Part shown: positions 13,250 to 25,871 of the stretch, in pieces
How the letters are laid out: each line of letters starts with the position of its first letter
Numbering within the stretch: the first letter of the stretch is position 1
Made by a program: the position numbers and the translations under genes
Origin: Octopus vulgaris
Lineage: Eukaryota
Direction: 5' to 3'
Length of the DNA stretch: 64,000 bases
Assembly: GCA_951406725.2 (NCBI GenBank)
Contig: OX597817.1
Coordinates: 174,468,001 to 174,532,000, forward strand
The notes under the pieces: model-generated
What the model was told of the DNA's origin: nothing
Database searches by the model: none
Seen by the model: the letters and a program-made list of their open reading frames with translations, nothing else

Positions 13250-13570
13250 TGCTTTTTAAATTAATCCAGTGGAGCTGGTATGCTCCGTTCGATGTGCAAT
13301 GTCAGTGTGCATGTGTGATGGAGCACGGGTGCATTGAGAGAGAAGTTGCATTGAGGAGATTGCACTGTGATGTGGATGGATGGGGACAGTTGCATAAAGA
13401 AGTGCTGATCACTTAAAGTGGAGGAAAGTTGTGGAAGAGGAAGACCCAGGAAGACATGAGGCAAAATATTGTAGGCCGAATTGAAAATGCTGAGCCTTAC
13501 AAAAGAGATGACAGATGACTGAGATATGTGGTGCATTGCAGTACTCAAAAAGACCTGGCCACCACAACAG
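13250..13570 (+). mobile_element. RTE-clade LINE 3' fragment, decayed
   Basis: Translates to KKC*SLKVEESCGRGRPRKT*, typical of the RTE ORF C-terminus. Confidence 0.65.
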
Positions 13571-14399
13571 AATGGAGATCTTAAAATGAAAGCACCATAT
13601 AAAAAACATTGGTGTGGGTGCTAGTGCTATGTCAAAAGCTCTGGTGTTGGTGCCACATAAAAAGCATTGGTGATGGTGCCATATAAAAAACCCAGTACAC
13701 TATGTAAATTTGTTGGTGTTAGGAAGGGCATCCATCAGCAGAAATCAAGTTAAAACAGACTATGGAACCTGATGCAGCCCCTGGCCACACCAGGTTCCAC
13801 TGATTAGTTCTGTTCAATGAAACTTCTCTACTGAATTAGTGTTGGAAGAGAGTGGAGTGGAAGCTTGCTATCTTCCTGTTTAAGGCAAGGCAAGGTAAAG
13901 CAGGAAAAAAAAAGCCAAGAGGAAGAGGGCTTTGAGTCCAGTTTTATATAACACTAAGGTACCTTTAAGCTGTTAAGTAGGTACTAGTAGAGATAGATTA
14001 ATAGCCTTGATTTGTATGCAACTCAACGAATATGAACCATTGATATTTTATCTGGGTAATTATCACTTTATCAATTCAATCTCTGACAACTTTTACTTCA
14101 TTAAAAAAATCAAATGATTACAAAGTAATCATAACATCTTAGATTCTCAAAGACCCAGCTCATTAAAATTAACCGAAATTTTAAAATTCCATTCATAGAA
14201 AGAGGGAAAATATGTTAATTTTTTGTCAAGTTCAACTTTTAGCATGTGTAGTTGGTTATTGTTTGATGAATTTACTAGAGAACTTTTTAGGAAAAAGTTC
14301 TCAGTCAGCCCCCAAATATTTAATGTTAGTTTCTTTTATTAGAGATGTAACTTGAGAATTGTTCTTTGTAGGTAGGAAACTGTAGTACTTATGTCTTTC

Positions 14400-14837
14400 C
14401 TCAAGGATTTTTCACTGCCGACGCATTGATCGGGTTCCTACAGCCAGTCTTCATCATCACCTGAATCGCCGTCCCCTCCCTTCGGTGCTTCTACAACGGC
14501 GCTTAAGGTGGTTCGGTCATGTATCCTGGTGTCCAGAGAGTGAACTGATTCGCGATGTCCTCCTCCCACCTCCACTTCCCAACTGGTGCAAATGCACGGC
14601 AGGGCAGCAGAAGACCTGGGCAATGACGATAAAGGAGGACCTCTCCGAACTCTCAGGTCCGCAGGTGGTCGGTCTGTGCAGATGGAACCACGAATGGCTC
14701 ACTATCTCCGGTGACCTCGCACAGGACTGTCGAGCATGGGCCGCGATGGTTTGTGATGCCGTTAGGAACAGAGAAGAAGCTGACTCAACCCGCCCTGAGT
14801 GAATGCCATCACATGTACAAGTACAAGTAAAGTACAA
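14400..14837 (+). mobile_element. RTE-clade LINE 3' end with (CAAGTA)n-like tail
   Basis: RRLRWFGHV...GQQKTW..TIKEDL...LAQD.RAW motifs, stop at 14802, short tandem tail gtacaagtacaagtaaagtacaag. Confidence 0.85.
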
Positions 14838-16540
14838 GGGAACAAATCAAGTGAAGCTATTCCTGACAAAGTTACCAGAAAACTGAGGGCATTTCTATTT
14901 CTATGTTATCAATTGACATGGTAATATTAAGAGCCAATGTTTCTTAGATCACACTCTATTTTCTGAATAAAGAAAACCAGAGGATAGGATGGTTATGACT
15001 GGATTGCCTTTTGACCATAAGCCTTCTCAATCTGACTGAATTTAGTGCTAAACAACAACAATAGAGATTAATCAATAATATTTTTGGTTAGAGCTACAGT
15101 TGAGCCCATAAGGGGCTCATCCATCGTCATCGTCATCATCATCATCATCATCGTTTTTCATGCTGGCATGAGCTGGATGGCTCGACAGAAACTAGGAAGA
15201 CCAGGGGTTGCACTAGGTTCCATAGTCTGTTTTAGCTTGGTTGCTATGGCTGGATGCCCTTCCTAATGCCAACCACTTTACATGGCACCATTACCAGTGC
15301 TCTTTACATGGTACCAGTACCTATACCAATGCTTTTTAGTTATATAATAATTCTTGGCTCAAACCATTTCTTTTCTGGTATACTATTGGAGTTCTTAGAG
15401 AGAAAAAGGAATACCATAAAAAACCTTTTCTCCTGCCATATAATTCAGGGTTAACATTCCCTGTTGAAAGAAGCTTATTAACTCATGTTTTTGAGCTCTC
15501 ACTTTTATCTGGAATCATTTTCTTTCTTTGTGGCAAATCTTTGAAATTCTGTTTTGATATGGCAGGACTCTTGAAAAATTGAAAGAACTGGATTTAATAT
15601 ACACAACCTTTCTCAGTCTGTTAAATAATTCAAAAAACTATTTCACCTAATATTAAACCAAAAAGGTGACACAAAATTGTCAAGAATGTCAACTTGGCTT
15701 GATGGACCTTTCTGTTTTGTGGCTGTTTTAACACCCATCTTCATTTTTATTGTGTATGGCTTGTTGTTTTAGGTACTTCACACATGTAGTTTTTAATTTA
15801 AAGATGGCAAAACACTTTACGAGAAGAGATTTTATTGCTGTATCAAAAGGTGAGAGTGAGAGTAAATGTTAGCCATTGATTTAACATAAAATTACACAAA
15901 AGAATAATGAATAAATAAATAATAATGTAGTAAGAAGCTAGCTTCCTAGCCTCGTGATTCTGGGTTCAATCCCACTGCATCACAAGTTGGACAAGTGTCT
16001 ACTGCTATATATAGCCTCAGGACAATGAAGGCCTTGTGAGTGGATTTGGTAGATGGAAACTGAAAGAAGCCCATTGTATACCTATATATATGTGTGTATG
16101 CCTGTGTGCTTGTTTCTGACCCCCACCACTGCTTGACAACTGGTTTTGGTGTGTTTACATCCTTGTAATTTAGTGGTTCAGCAAAAGAGACTGATAGAAT
16201 AATTACCATGCTTAAAAAAAAATAAAAACAAGTACTGGAGTTGATTTATTCCACTAAAATTCTTCAAGGTGGTGCCCCAGCATGGCCACAGTCTAATGAC
16301 TGAAACAAGTAAAAAATAAAAGACAAATAAAAACACTTGCTGTTAATTAGTCCCTGGTCAGCTGTGATCAGACAAGCAAATTAATCATCAAAGGCCTCCA
16401 ACCATAACTACCTTGTTTTCCTTTCAGACACTTTATTTCCCAGGACTTAGATTACTCGATGCGTCCTTCCCTTTCAACTCTAGCATTCAGATTATTCTGT
16501 CAAAATGAATGCTTATTTATTCACATAGTTTGAATTAATC

Positions 16541-16692
16541 ATAGGAGTGACTGTATGGTAAATAGCTTCCTTATGAACCACATGGTTCCGGGTTCAGTCC
16601 CACTGCTTGGCACCTTGGGCAAGTGTCTTCTACTATAGCCTCGGGCTTTGTGAGTGGATTTGGTAGATGGAAACGGAAAGAAGCCCGTCGTA

Positions 16693-16763
<71 letters not shown>

Positions 16764-16971
16764 ATATGTTTGTGTGTCTGTGTTTGTTTCCCCAACATCG
16801 CTTGACAACTGATGCTGGTGTGTTTACGTCCCCGTAATTTAGCAGTTCAGAAAAAGAGACTGATAGAATAAGTACTAGGCTTACAAAGAATAAGTCCTGG
16901 GGTCTATTTGTTAGACTAAAGGTGGTGCTCCAGCATGGCCACATTCAAATGACTGAAACAAGTAAAAGAGT
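16541..16971 (+). mobile_element. SINE family A, near full length, inserted in a piggyBac-type MITE
   Basis: Head with B-box-like gggttcagtccc, (TA)n centre and tail acaagtaaaagag. Other copies at ~15925-16325, 27937-28335, 46955-47338 (-) and 49741-50133. Confidence 0.85.
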
Positions 16972-17949
16972 ATCTCATTGCTTCAGAATTTCAATTTCAA
17001 TGACGTGATTTGTTTATTTTCAGTATGACATTGTAAAGTAGGTGTGAGAAGCCAGATCTGGCCAGTTTCAACATAAAACAGGTAGAATATTTGGGCTGGA
17101 TACAACCAGTTTAAATACTAAAAGGTTAAGTCAATAGGATATGATTTCAAGGAGAATTGGTGCTTATTTCTAGTATGGCAGCACCCTAGTTGGTTCATGG
17201 CAGTTAACGATGATTGTGAATATGAAATGTAGATACATTATGCCTGAGAAATATGTAAGTTATTCTGAGGATTTAGTGTCCATTGTGTAGGGGATCAATG
17301 CAAGGTTTATGGAGTATAATATCTTGCTTTATTGTAGAGGACAATAATTTGTATTCTTTGAAGTTTGTCATGATCTATGGCTGTAAGGATTGGCAACTAG
17401 GTAGGATTGGCATAATTTATATTAGCTCTGATATATTTTCAAAGGGTGTCATTTTATGTGTGTATATGTGTATGTATACACACACAAGCTCATGTATTCA
17501 TATATGTATATATAAATATGCATATGTAGATATGGGTGTATGCATATGTTTGTATGTATGTGTGTGTATATATATATGTATAGATAAGTAATAATTTTAT
17601 ATTCAGGTATAAAGACCATTCGCAGTATTCAGCTACCTGATGTTATCAATAGTTTGTAGGTATATACCACTGGGTTTATTTCAGGAATTCCTTTGTGTCT
17701 GTAGACTTTGTAAAATTACGAGAGAAAGAAAATGGAATTCGTGAGGCTCTGTATTTACTATGCTCATTTTTATCCATTGTGCACCGGTACCTCGTTGGTG
17801 GGATGCTGTACAAATAATTGTGGTACATTATAGGTACTAGTGCACAATAGTTTCAAACAATCATAGTAAATAAAAGTTTCAGGAATTCCATTTTCTTTCT
17901 CTCTTATATATATATTACTTTTATATATAAAGATATATATATATATATA

Positions 17950-18333
17950 TCTTCTCTCTATATATAAACGGCAGTTTGTCTGTGCGTTTTCTGTGTGTCT
18001 GTTTGCTTGTACCCTCACCCTGACCACGGCTTTCAACCGATTCTGATGAAACTTGACACACACATAGCCCAATGTCATAATTCAAAACTAACGCAGCGAA
18101 AATTTTGAAAAGTTCCCCCAGTTCTGAAAAAAATCGATAAATTCGACATGGGGTCGAGATTCAGAAACACAAACCGCAAACTGTCTAGGGGACGCAACTC
18201 CACCTTTTTTAACTAAAAAAAAATTTACCATCATTTTTTTCCATTTTTTTGCTATTTTTTGGCTATAACTCTCTAAAAATGCTTTATAGTTATTTCCCTT
18301 ACAAACCTGAGCAACGCCGGGCGATACTGCTAG
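17950..18333 (+). mobile_element. Non-autonomous Helitron-like element
   Basis: A|TC 5' end and CTAG|T 3' end, GC-rich subterminal gagcaacgccgggcg, no TSD. Confidence 0.7.
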
Positions 18334-18348
18334 TATATATATAAATTA

Positions 18349-18790
18349 GTGTACATTTGAACACAAAGAGGCGAGCCTTAATAGGTTGCCTTACATACTA
18401 GAAGGAACAGTCAAAAAGTCCAAACCACAGTAAAGAGCAATTTTATTTTGTCTCTAATTTATATGTTACTGTTTTGGTGTATACGCTGATGAGAACTTTG
18501 CCTTGCAAATTATCTTATTTGCTAATTAAAGTTCGAAACATAATGTCCAGCTGTAAAACATGGTAAATGTTTTTATTTTTCATTCCCTTCAAAATTGCTC
18601 TTAACTGTGGTTTGGACATTTTGACTGTTCCTTCTAGTATGTAAGGCAACCTGTTAAGGCTTGCCTCTTTGTGTTTAAATGTACAGTAAATTTTATATGA
18701 AAAATATGTCTATTGACTTTGTATACATGCTAGGCCACTGGTAGAAAAATTTCTATAATTTTTCCTACCCTATATTAATTTTAAGAAATT
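18349..18790 (+). mobile_element. Hammerhead-containing Penelope-like/retrozyme-like element with inverted arms
   Basis: ~95-bp inverted arms (18350-18445 and 18591-18686) flank a hammerhead motif. The family motif catgctaggccactgg lies downstream. Confidence 0.7.
18486..18551 (+). ncRNA. Type-I hammerhead-like motif (intact core, poor canonical stem I)
   Basis: CTGATGA, stem II GAACTTT/AAAGTTC, GAA, stem III ACAT-a-ATGT, GTC triplet. Confidence 0.6.
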
Positions 18791-19026
18791 ATATATATAT
18801 ATATATCTGTGTCATGCTAAATCTCCCTGAGAAGCATGTTAAGGGTACACACGTCTGTGGTGTGCTCAACCACGTGGGTTAATTTCACGAGCAGGCTGTA
18901 CCATTGATTGGATCAACTGGAACCCTCGTCATCGTAACCGATGGAGTGCCAGTTAGTTATATAGTTTATAGATCCAATATGGTTAAAATCAACAAAAAAA
19001 TTATTCCGTCCACTGAGAGATAGATA

Positions 19027-19492
19027 TTAATTTAATACACATTATGAAAGTGCTACTAATAGTTTCATACTTTTACGATGATTTAAATGGGTATATTTTT
19101 AGATAATATGACATGCATCTCCAAGCAATTTTCTGGCTCTTTTTATGCATTAGACGTATTTTAAAAAACAGGACACTGGACATTGAGAAAATAAGATGAA
19201 ACAAGAAGAAAAAAATGAGCAAAGAATATTGATGTAAAAGTGGAAGGAGAAGAAAGAAATGAAAGCAAGAAAACCAATTTCCCCATCCCTTCTGCATCTT
19301 ACTACTCATTTTTTTTTCTTTCTTTCTTCCTTTCTTTCTTTTTTTTTTCACTGCTCAGTGAAATATATCTAATGCATAAACAGAGCCTGAAAGATTGCTT
19401 GGAGATGCATGGTGCATTTTATAAATATGCCTGTTTAAAGTATCATAAAAGCATGAACCTATTACTAGCTCTTTCATAATGCATATTAAATT
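19027..19492. mobile_element. Foldback MITE-like element with ~135-bp inverted arms
   Basis: cattatgaaagtgctactaatag...catgcatctccaagcaat is the inverse of attgcttggagatgcatg...ctattactagctctttcataatg. Confidence 0.65.
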
Positions 19493-19932
19493 GTTATATA
19501 TACATATATATATATATACTTACATATATATATGTGTATATATGTGAAGGTGCATGGCTTAGTGGTTAGGGCTATAGCAAAAAATACTTATCCATGCTGT
19601 CATGCAGTGGGATTGAACTTGGAACCATGTGGCTGGGAAGCAAACTTCTTACTTCACACCCATGCTTGTACCTGTTGCCATGTTTGTCACCTATTTGTGA
19701 CACCAGTTCCTGATTAGTCACTATTTTCCTGTATATCAGGAGGTTTTGCCAGCAATGATGATAGTGAATACCTGTTGCTGATGAAGTACAAGCATGCAGA
19801 AATCACATGATCTAGCAGTTCTATCATTGCCGCTGCTGGCCAGTTTATGTCTGCCACTGATTTTTCTGTGCTATTAAGCACTAAGCATTACTATGGGATG
19901 TTCTTTCAAGATGTATACCACAGTATTAGAGC

Positions 19933-19991
<59 letters not shown>

Positions 19992-19992
19992 C

Positions 19993-20744
19993 GGTGTACA
20001 TTTAAACACATAAGGAATCCACTCGTGGGATCCAACATGCTAGAAAGAACAGCTAGGTTCCATAACCACAAAAATTAGGGATAAAATTTGACAGGAACGA
20101 AATGAAAAAATAAAAACATTTTACCAATAAGTTTCCTGGACCAATTGGTTTCTGATTTTAGTTTAGAAAGCAAATAACATTTGCTCACGAGGTGAAATCA
20201 TACTCAACAGGTACACCTTGGGTTAAATATATAAACACGAGGCAATCAAACTATGTGCCTCTTGTTTATACATCCTAAGTTTTTCAAAATCTACTGCGCA
20301 GATGCAGCCCTTCACCGGCAATAAAAAAATGCTAACTTTTGAAAACTGAAAATTATCCAAAAACTTGCAATACTTAATCATATCAAAGGGAAATGGAAAT
20401 TAATTAAAATTTTCATTTCCAGTGGCCTAACGTGTAAAAATTTAGCCCAAAGACTATGTATTAGTCATAACATATAGTATACATTTAAACACATAAGAAA
20501 TCCACTTGTGGGATTCAACATGCTAGAAAGAACAGCTAGGTTCTATAACCACAAAAATTAGGGATAAAATTTGACAGGAACGAAATGAAAAAATAAAAAC
20601 ATGTTGAATCCCACAAGTGGATTTCTTATGTGTTTAAATGTATACTATATGTTATGACTAATACATAGTCTTTGGACTAAATTTTTACACGTTAGGCCAC
20701 TGGAAATGAAAATTTTAATTAATTTCCATTTCCCTTTGATATGA

Positions 20745-20747
<3 letters not shown>
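19993..20747 (-). mobile_element. Penelope-like/retrozyme-like element: 483-nt monomer, partial tandem repeat and inverted segment
   Basis: 19997-20119 is repeated at 20480-20602, and 20600-20747 is the inverse of ~20375-20523. A hammerhead-like motif lies at 20135-20211 (-). Flanked by (TA)n. Confidence 0.75.
20135..20211 (-). ncRNA. Degenerate type-I hammerhead-like motif
   Basis: Minus strand reads CTGTTGA (A6 changed to T), TGATTT/AAATCA stem, GAA-ACCAATTGGT-C with a palindromic stem III. Confidence 0.5.
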
Positions 20748-20793
<46 letters not shown>

Positions 20794-21235
20794 AATAGAT
20801 AGATAGATAGATAGATACACACAATTATACAGATATATATATGTAAAATGTTTTTATGCTATTAATAAAAGAAATTTAACATTTAATTGACTGATCACTC
20901 AATAATTTTTCGTAGAGTACTTATTTATTATAAATTGCTTCATGAAAATGATTGATAATAACTTTGAAATCTTGGCTTACTCTGACAGTGGCTAGAAAGC
21001 CAAATCTTTGAAGTCACAGTCAACTCGTTTCTTGTAAAATTAGAAATCTTCATCACCTAATTAGGCATCAACTCCTGTATTCGGAGGTGGAGTACAGCAG
21101 CTCCTCTGTGTGTACCCTAAATTCATTAATATACACATGCACACACACACACACACACACATGCACACACATTCATATGTATAGCTTTACAACTTTCGGT
21201 TGTTTGAACTAAAAAGTTGTACCTTCCCTCCACCC

Positions 21236-21406
21236 CACTACAGTAGCTAGAGTGTGTGCCACCTAGGGTAGCCCTTCAGTTTGTGAGCCCCAGGCCCCAC
21301 AAAAAATACATATTGTCTACAACAGACCCAAAAGTGGTGCTGCCCCCATAAATGTGCTGCCCAGGGCAGACCACCCCCTTTGACCCCTGCTCTGGCTATG
21401 CTAGTG
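21236..21406. mobile_element. Short GC-rich TIR element (MITE-like)
   Basis: Imperfect inverted ends cactacagtagctagag and ctctggctatgctagtg. A loosely similar element lies at ~38226-38646. Confidence 0.4.
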
Positions 21407-22634
21407 CGCTTCCCCCTCATGGCTTATGATCCCATTAACCCATTTGATACCAACCTGCTTGAAACAGCCTTTAGTTCTATGGTAAAAGCAAAAAAAATTC
21501 TTGCTTTGTTGTGCTGTAGTTTTAAATTTAATCTTTCCATTATCATTTTACATAAGAACCTTTTGTGAAGTTCTATGCCGAATATCAGCTTCGTAATGAA
21601 AGCATTTGTTGTTTTACTAACTTGCTTTAATTTCATGATTATATTTTTCAAAATTAATTTAAAAACATTGGCAATGTTTTCCATTAGAAATATGGCCACG
21701 GAAAGGTTATGTAAATAAAAAAAGATAATAAACAAATTAAAAGGAAAAATATAAACGAGTATTGTTGAGCAATTGATCAGATTTAAAATCTTTTATTAAC
21801 TTGAGCATAATTTCACATTATAGTTATTACAGTTTCCATAGTAGACAACTAATAATTTTGAACATAATATAATTGCAGTCCACGGAAAAGAGTTACTTAT
21901 TTCTTCTCTCTTTCTCTCCCCATACTTTCTCTCAGAATAAGATGTAACTGCAAGATTGTATTCTGTTGGGAAAAATATTCCGATCAATATTGCTTTTCTG
22001 TTTATCCAGTAATTATGTGAGAAAAAATGTTGGATTAATCGGACGCATATATTGGCGATGTGTAAAGGACACTTATGATCTTACTATTAGAATTTGGCAG
22101 ATACTTCACTTAGTATTGATATTATTCAGGAATAGTCAATAAATATACATTAGCATATTCCCTTCATTCATAATACCTATAATGTATATATATATATATA
22201 GAGAGAGAGATTTAGATATGCATCCATAGGTCTTGGGGATGTCAGTGTAACCTAGCTCATTGGATATTAAATTTGGGAATAGGTTTATATTTCATAGTTG
22301 TGATATCGCAGAATTCATTTATATAACCTGTAAAAATGGAATATTGGATGGGAGATAAAAACAAGTAAATAAATTAATTAAACAAAGCATACCATACTAA
22401 AGTATGTGATATCATTGGCATTCAACACATCTGACCACATGCATTCCTGTATCTAGCTTACTGTTCTAAGTTTAAATTCTAGTAGAGGTCGATTAATAAA
22501 CTATTAGAGCTGATGCTGGCTTCCTAGAAAGCAGATTTTGTGACTGAACAAAATGATGGTGCAATGTATGTAACTTCAAGACCATGCATGCAAAGACAGC
22601 TACTGGAGACGGTTAACTAACCAATCTAGTAAGT

Positions 22635-22875
22635 GGAGGCATGTGGCTTAGTGGTTAGGGTGTCAGACTCATGGTCGTAAGATTTTGGTTTCGATTCATG
22701 GACCAGGGGACGCATTGTGTTCTTGAGCAGAACACTTTATTTCATGTTGCTCTTGTCCACTCAGTTGGCGAAAATGAGTAATCCTGTGACAGACTGGTGT
22801 CCCATCCAGGTGCGGAATATATACACCATGAAACTAGGAAACTGGCCCTTATAAGTCAGTTTATCTTGAGAAGGT
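22635..22875 (+). mobile_element. tRNA-derived SINE, family C
   Basis: Head ggaggcatgtggcttagtggttagg with B-box ggtttcgattc. Related copies at ~37420-37700 (-), 57050, 60143, 62597 and 63790 (-). Confidence 0.7.
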
Positions 22876-23195
22876 AACTTTGCCGTTACTTTTTACTAAT
22901 CTAGTATTATTTCAAGAAAACAAAGTGGTTAGAAATCCAGAAGGACATTTAAGAATAAATCAGCAAACTGTATCATTAATTCTTGGAAATTTATGCATAA
23001 ACTTCCAACCATCTATCATAACAAAATGTATGTTTTATTTTTAGCTAAATGTAATCCTAAAGAATTAATAATTCATATTTCACATCCTCAGTCTTATTGT
23101 ATCTATTACTGTCACTACCACTAAGTTGTTAGTCAAATGTAGCTCTTCTCTTTACTCAAAAATGACTTAAGCTTAGACACAAGAAATCATCATTT

Positions 23196-23197
<2 letters not shown>

Positions 23198-23227
<30 letters not shown>

Positions 23228-23343
23228 TGTATGTATGTATGTATGTGTGTGTATGTATGTATGTATGTGTGTGTGTATGTATGTATGTATGTGTGTGTAT
23301 GTATGTATGTATGTATGTATGTATGTATGTATGTGTGTGTGTA

Positions 23344-23376
<33 letters not shown>

Positions 23377-23385
23377 ATGTATGTA

Positions 23386-23434
<49 letters not shown>

Positions 23435-23560
23435 ATGTATGTATGTATGTATGCATGCATGCATGTATGTATGTATGTATGTATGTATGTATGTATGTAT
23501 GTATGTATGTATGTATGTATGTATGTATGTATGTATGTATGTATGTATGTATGTATGTAT
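23198..23560. repeat. (GTAT)n/(GT)n microsatellite
   Basis: Directly visible. Confidence 0.95.
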
Positions 23561-24689
23561 ATTTGTGTGTGTGTCATTGTGTCTGTGTTTGTCCCCCACT
23601 ACCACTTAACAACTGATGTTGGTGTGTTTACATTCTCATAACTTAGTGGTTCAGCAAAAGTGACTGACAGAGTAAGTACCAGGCTTAACAAAAATTAAGT
23701 ATTGAGGTTGATTCAGTTGACTAAAAGTTCTTCAAGGCAGTGAACCCAGCATGGCTGCCATCTAATGACTGAAACAAATAAAAGATAAAAGATATATATA
23801 TATGTATATATCTAAATTACTTTGATTTTTTTTCTCTGTCTCGTTATTAATTTCTTTAACTATGGATAGACGTTGCATGTTGGTACAGGTGACTCTGTGT
23901 GGTAAGAAGTTTGCTTTCCAACCACACAATTCCAAGTTCAATCCCACTGTGTGTGTGTAAGTATCGTCTTGTATAGTTCTGGGACAACCAAAGCCTTGTG
24001 AGTGAATTTGGTAGATGGAAACTGTAAGAAGCCTATCATGTGTGTTTGTGTAACTCCTTGTCTAAACATCATGTGATAGTTGTAAACAAAAGTCACCACT
24101 AAGCCAGTGGTGTCCTTCATACCTAATCTTCCCTGAAAACATGTCTGGTTATGGGGAAATACTGCCACATATGGAAACAAGTGAAGTTTGACTAAAGGAA
24201 AGGTATTTGGCTATAGAAAATCTGCCTTAAAATTCCATCCAAAACATGTTATCATGGAAAATTTAAGCAGAATGTTAGTGACATCAAATATCACTGATAA
24301 AATATCTATATTTTTATCTATTAGAAAGGAATTAATGTTAGGATATTATAATTCATAACAGTAGCTCCTTGATCTCTGAAAATCCTGCTTTGTACTACCC
24401 CAGTCAAAGCCTACATAATGTGCTTGCCATCACTCTCTTGTTATCCCTACTTTGTTGTATTCCTGCTAACCCTGGACTAACACTTTGACTTCAGTTGATT
24501 CTCAAACTGCATCTACCTGGAATTGCTTCTCTGCTTTATGCTCAAAGTGAACATTAACTGCATCAACCTCATCAGTAGAATAAGTTACCCTCTGAGGATA
24601 AACAAATTAAAATGAGGAATCAAAGGTACTGTTGAATCAGCTAACTTCAAAATCCACTATTAACCTTATATGTAGGTAAGGTTGGTACC

Positions 24690-25320
24690 ATGGGCCCAAC
24701 GAAGACAATTGAGAGGCACTCCCAAGGTCTCAATGCCTGTATTAATTGACCCATAAGGAGTTTGTGGATGTGGGGTGTGAGTTTGTTGCATGTAGAGCAA
24801 GCAAGTGTCATCTTGTGGATTTCATCAAGGGAGAACGACAGGTTTTGTACTTTACAGCAGTGAAGTAGGTGGGTCACTCCTGGGTGGTACAGTTGTTTGT
24901 GAAGAGTTACTAGTGTGTAGGGTCTCTTGTTGCTACATGTCTTGATAGCACATCTGCTGCTTTGTTTGAGTTCCTGGTCTATAGGGGATTGTGAAATTTG
25001 CCTGAGAGGTTGAAGCGTCAGTATATAAATTTTTTATGTTTGATTTTTGATGTCTCTTATTAAAGATCATCAGTACCGAGTGTTGATTGGTAACAATGTT
25101 GCAGTATGGGGAAGCATTTATTAGGTGGCGCCATTTGTGGCAACATTCTATGATTGCACAGGTTTCACTCTCAAGAATGGATTGCTGTTTTTCTGTTTGT
25201 GAAAGAGACCTTGAATAGAAGGCCTCTGGCCTTCCTTATTGTGATAGCGTCCCTCCCAATGCTAGGTCAGAAGCATCTGTTTTGATGGTAAGTGGTATTC
25301 CAGGTTGAGATGAGGATGAA
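24690..25320 (-). mobile_element. Ty3/Gypsy pol fragment (RNase H and integrase zinc finger), pseudogenised
   Basis: Minus strand reads TIKTDASDLALGGTLSQ*GRPEAFYSRSLSQTEKQQSILESETCAIIECCHKWRHL, followed by H..(L)YHPG...C..C and RPWECLSI.FVGP. Confidence 0.85.
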
Positions 25321-25398
25321 TTATCAAGACCTCATTTTATCTGAAGGACTATACATTTTGAGTACACTGTAACTAACTTTTCACTCAGCAGGGAAGAC

Positions 25399-25871
25399 TG
25401 TTATGAATCATAATATCCTATCATTAATTCCTTTCTACAATAGTAAATAATAGATAAAAATATAGTTATCTTATTTTGTATTGAGTACAAAAATGCGGCA
25501 TAGTGTCGAATGATGTTCATAGATGGACACTGCCTTTACTTAATATAAAATAATGCACCTTAATCATTGGACAGCCATGAGTAACGGATTAAATGGTGAG
25601 CAGAATAAAGTTTGAATAAAATTCATCATAAACCAATTCAAAGAAGGGTTTTATTCAAACTTTATTCTGCTTACCGTCTAATCCGTTAATCATGGCTGTC
25701 CAATGATTAAAATGCCTTGTTTTATATCAGGTAAAGACAATATCTGTCTATCAACGTCATCCAACACTCTGCCACATTTTCGTATTCAATACAAACAAAG
25801 ATATCTGTATTTCCATTTATTATTTACTATTGAAGAAAAGAATTAATAATAGGGTATTATAATTCATAACA
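25399..25871. repeat. ~475-bp palindromic element with TGT...ACA ends
   Basis: ~220-bp imperfect inverted arms around a ~30-bp spacer. A further copy of the terminus ends at 24360. Confidence 0.8.

Noticed and set aside
15773-15849. Possible exon YFTHVVFNLKMAKHFTRRDFIAVSK
   Set aside because: The phase is incompatible after the 6041 donor, and it would interrupt the continuous ERp29c match.
21015-21060. GTGATGA...GAAAC on the minus strand
   Set aside because: The core is altered and there is no pairing support; it could be chance.
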